A DNA stretch of 64,000 bases from Eutreptiella sp. 'Long Island Sound 2002' (lineage: Eukaryota; Protista; Euglenida). Below are positions 60,462-64,000 of the stretch, one piece after another. A model generated the notes under the pieces. The model saw nothing but the letters and a program-made list of their open reading frames with translations, was not told the origin of the DNA and made no database searches. The stretch spans positions 181,598,001-181,662,000 of the forward strand of contig OZ038378.1 of assembly GCA_964036045.1 (NCBI GenBank). The letters run 5' to 3'. Numbering within the stretch: position 1 is the stretch's first letter; every line of letters starts with the position of its first letter. The position numbers were made by a program, and so were the translations under genes.

Positions 60462-63400
60462 GAAAACTGCAGTGTTCTGAGCTCTGAGCAGTGTAGCTGG
60501 CCTGAAGCATTTCATGGATTGTATCACTCAAAGACGTAGGGCAATTTGTCAAGCTGTGTGTCATATGAACTGGAGTCTCAGTGCATGGAGACATGCGTCA
60601 TGTATGAAGGCAATACTGAGTAGAAAAGTTAGGACAAAATACGGGGCTACCCCTGTGCGCCATAGGCACGCATGCAGCCCTGAATATTTCTCTTAAACCA
60701 CAGAAACAATGAAACCGACAACAAGAAAGAAAATCCCTAACTCAACGGCCATTTGGAGTACTTGCCCATCAAAATGGTACCAAGCAGTGTGCACGTTGCT
60801 ATGTTGACACCATCGCTCTCCACATTATTTGCTGGATGTGTACACCCAATGTCCTGTGAGATGCAAACCCCAATTAATCCCAAGGTTGGTGCACAAACTG
60901 GTGATGCATGAAACTGGGCCAATGGAAGTTCCTGTCCCCCCGACTATGAGATCTCTCCCTTATCCACTTCAACAGAGATGGATGGACATTTTGCAACACC
61001 CATACGAGCGCTTCATATTCATATTTACCCCCATGGCTGGCGTCTTGAAAAAGTGTGCAATATTGCAGCATGGCACATTTCCTCAACACATGATCATGGA
61101 CTCTCCTGACACAACAGCACCGGCAATCTCACAACCCCTGCATGTACAAGATTGATAGCCACGCTCCAAGCAATTTGCACTACAGCGCCCGTTTCACAAA
61201 TCCCTTCGGCGTCAAATATGTCCCACAGCTGGAGAGGTTGCCTTACCTCCATCTCCACATTTACGGATTGTGCTACCACCACCTGACTCCCTGCCCCAAA
61301 ACAGTCACCTTATCTTCCTCTTTCTTTGCCTATTTGCAATTGTTTCATGACCACCTCATTGGCTGTGTTCAGAATGACCAACCCCAGCCTCGGATTCCCC
61401 TTGATTTGGAAACTGGCGAACATCCTGAGAATTCGACTTTTGCAGAAGCTGGTGGTTGGGATAATAATTGGTGCACACTGTCTTGTGACTCCGTTTTTGG
61501 CGACCTTGTCCCAGATTGAACGGGGGGGATGAGGGAAGGGGGGCGTTCCATTGAGCAGTTCAGGCTCACGAAGCGCAAAGCCTGATCCCCCATCCCGACA
61601 CCCCGAACATGACACGATTGTAGTCCATAAGTAGTAGTAGCAGTCACCAGAAGCGGCAATCCGAGGTGGTAGCAGCAGCACTGGGAAGCAGCCAGACAGC
61701 GACGACTGCAAAAGGCAGCAGCCCCAAGAAGCGACCACCGGAGGTGGTGGTATCCCCACGGCGCAGCCCCTACATGAGGCAGCAGCCCCCAGTAGCAACG
61801 GCAGCGAGAACCCTCAGACATTCATATTGCAAAACGAGGGGACTGAACATGAAGTCACGCACGGGCACGCACAAAACACACACACACGCACTCTCTCTCT
61901 CTCACCCATTCACTGGATGAGATATGGGGCCTCGCACGACTGCATGGAACCATGCCCATGCCCATGCTATGCGTGCAGTCAGTGGTGTCTACAGGCTCCG
62001 TGTAAGCCCATATTATCAGGAATCGTGTGGCACCCTGTACAGCTCAGTGGTGGCAGCTTCCTGCGGGCGGCAGGTGGGCACAGTGCACACACTCTCTCTT
62101 TTATCCCAGGCCGCCGTTGTTCGCAAAGCAAACATGGCAATGCCAATAGCACCAAGATTTGACACTGGGATTCACCCACCTCCCTTTGCAATATTATGTA
62201 TCGATATTGGAGGCAATGGGCGAAGAGGGTAATCCTCTTGAGATCTGGAAGATTTTCGTGCCCTGGTGCATAAACAGTTGTGCAAACTGGTAATGAACAA
62301 AGTGCACATGCATACATTCTGCATGAAGAGGTTGTCAGGTGCCCTGGTTCTGTTTCCCGTGTTTCGCTGGGAACACAGAGAGTCACGATACGCCCAACGG
62401 TGCATTCTTGCAACCCAACCCCACCCCAGAAGCGCACACCTTCTCTGCGCTGGTGATCCTCTCTTTCAAACCACCGAATCCCCCGGAATGCCCAGAATTG
62501 AAGGAGCTCGTCCTGCAGCGAGTCCACAAGGCACAGGTCATGCATCCTTTTAACAATTTAGGTAAACAGGGCAGAATTGGTTGGCTGCCCTGGCACCACA
62601 ACCTGGGATCAGGAGGGCCCAAACCGCACCGCAAGCCTGAATGGGTGACCTTACATTGTTATGGCCTTGGCCCAAGGGCTTCAGATCTTTGGCCCACTAA
62701 AGAGGAAGGTCTGAGTGCTTATCCCACCCGACAAATGGAATAAACAACGGGTGACTACTTTGGAACCGGCATGGCAAAATCATTGAGACGCTTTGTCGTG
62801 TCAGGGCATGTCACAAGGGGGTGCAGAGGGCTTCCAACATGGAAAGCCCACATCTGGAACAGGCTTTGAACTGGGGGCCCTTGGCCACCACCCGTAGTTT
62901 AGTGTGCCCACTAAACTATGTACCTCCTACATCTTTGCAGATGGGGCCCATTGCTTTCAATGGGCCCTCAAGCTTTTCCTCAAGGGCGGGAAAAGGACTA
63001 TTCCTGGTGAAACAACTTTTTCCGATTCTCGTGGGTGAATTGACTCCCCCACCCCCTTGTCAGGCAGAGGCCAGGGTGCCTGTTTTGTAGGCTCTGGAGC
63101 AGCACCTGTAGTACTGGACCACCTGCACTCATAAAGTCCATCAGACGCACACCATGAGGGCTCTCATGTTGTCATTGTCAATGGCTAAGGGTTGATCATC
63201 GTCAGGACAAACACCCTTCCCGTACATTTGCACTTTACCAAAAACTCATGCACACCATTGCAACAAACCAACAAATGTACAAGAACCTACACCTGTCAGT
63301 CTCATCATGGCAGGTGCCTCCAAAGCAACCATGTTGGGCCATTCACCATTACCTCCGAGGACAAGCAGTACACTTCCAATCATCAGCGGAGCGGACACTG

Positions 63401-64000
63401 CTACCAAGGAGGGGCTTGTTTAACAACAAGCTGGATCCTATGGCACTCATCCGCATTCGCCCATGGCGACAATTCCAATACCACTAACATTGGGCACCCT
63501 CTAGCCTCAGTGCATGGCTCCATGTTAAAATAGTAATTGGAGGATACAAATGGTCCATTGGTGGTCCCCATAGCTCAGAGTTTGCAATGGGAAAGATAAC
63601 CCCTTCTGTCTAGGCCCCTAAAGCGGGCCCGGAACGCCATAGAAGCCCACCATCCTTGTGGCAAGCCCATGCTGGTTTCCCATACTATTCCCATGTAGCC
63701 TGAGATGGTGGCGTTTATGAAGCCAATTTTTTGAACCCTCCACAAGGGCCTTAATGCAGCATGGGAAGGGGAATCTGCTCAATCGTGAATTTTACGAGGC
63801 TCCAATGTGTTAGCTGGCGTAGTTGGTGCCTCCAATCATGTACCACCTTGTATCACCTGTGGTTTTGGTCTTCTTCGCCCCTTTACCGCCGACTATTGTT
63901 GTGGTCACCTTGTTGTTGGGTGGCCAGGGTTTGTCCACGTGTGTCCAGGTGTGACCATACGAGACCCAAGGGGGGGTGGGGGGGGGTAGGGGGTGGGCCG

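Noticed and set aside
63540-63730. Minus-strand INATISG...SMGLPQG, resembling an RT motif
   Set aside because: No flanking RT motifs (DxxKAFD, YADD) recoverable and the frames are broken; may be a decayed LINE but is not supportable.

Overview
Eukaryotic, very repeat-rich genomic DNA: 16 confidently placed exons (about 5 kb) in 64 kb, many G/C homopolymers, microsatellites, MITEs and retroelements. It is probably a euglenid; the short repeats resemble ones I recall from Eutreptiella, which is unverified and needs BLAST. Two spliced genes can be assembled on the minus strand with phase-consistent GT-AG introns. Gene 1 (9390-42145, 10 exons, about 1256 aa) is a type I membrane protein: signal peptide, an uncharacterised probably glycoside-hydrolase-like domain of about 500 aa, a Cys-rich module, a Ser/Pro stalk, a beta-strand-rich region, a TM helix and a short tail. 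Gene 2 (46546-55059, 6 exons, about 423 aa) is a type II membrane FkbM-family methyltransferase. The most striking feature lies in the 13-kb intron 8 of gene 1: a full-length 7.24-kb non-LTR retrotransposon (ORF1 plus APE-RT-CCHC ORF2) inside a (GT/GTGC)n array. It has an 18-bp target-site duplication, no poly(A) tail, no in-frame AUG ahead of the endonuclease, and two exact copies of an unusual C-x2-H-x4-C-x2-C-x9-CC-x2-GHH motif at the ORF2 C-terminus. Also present: a 5'-truncated RNase H-bearing LINE inside a MITE terminal repeat (13-bp TSD), several CAGGG-terminated MITEs (three TA-flanked), and four copies of a C-run-anchored SINE-like family. Most long ORFs in the supplied track are microsatellite or antisense artefacts.
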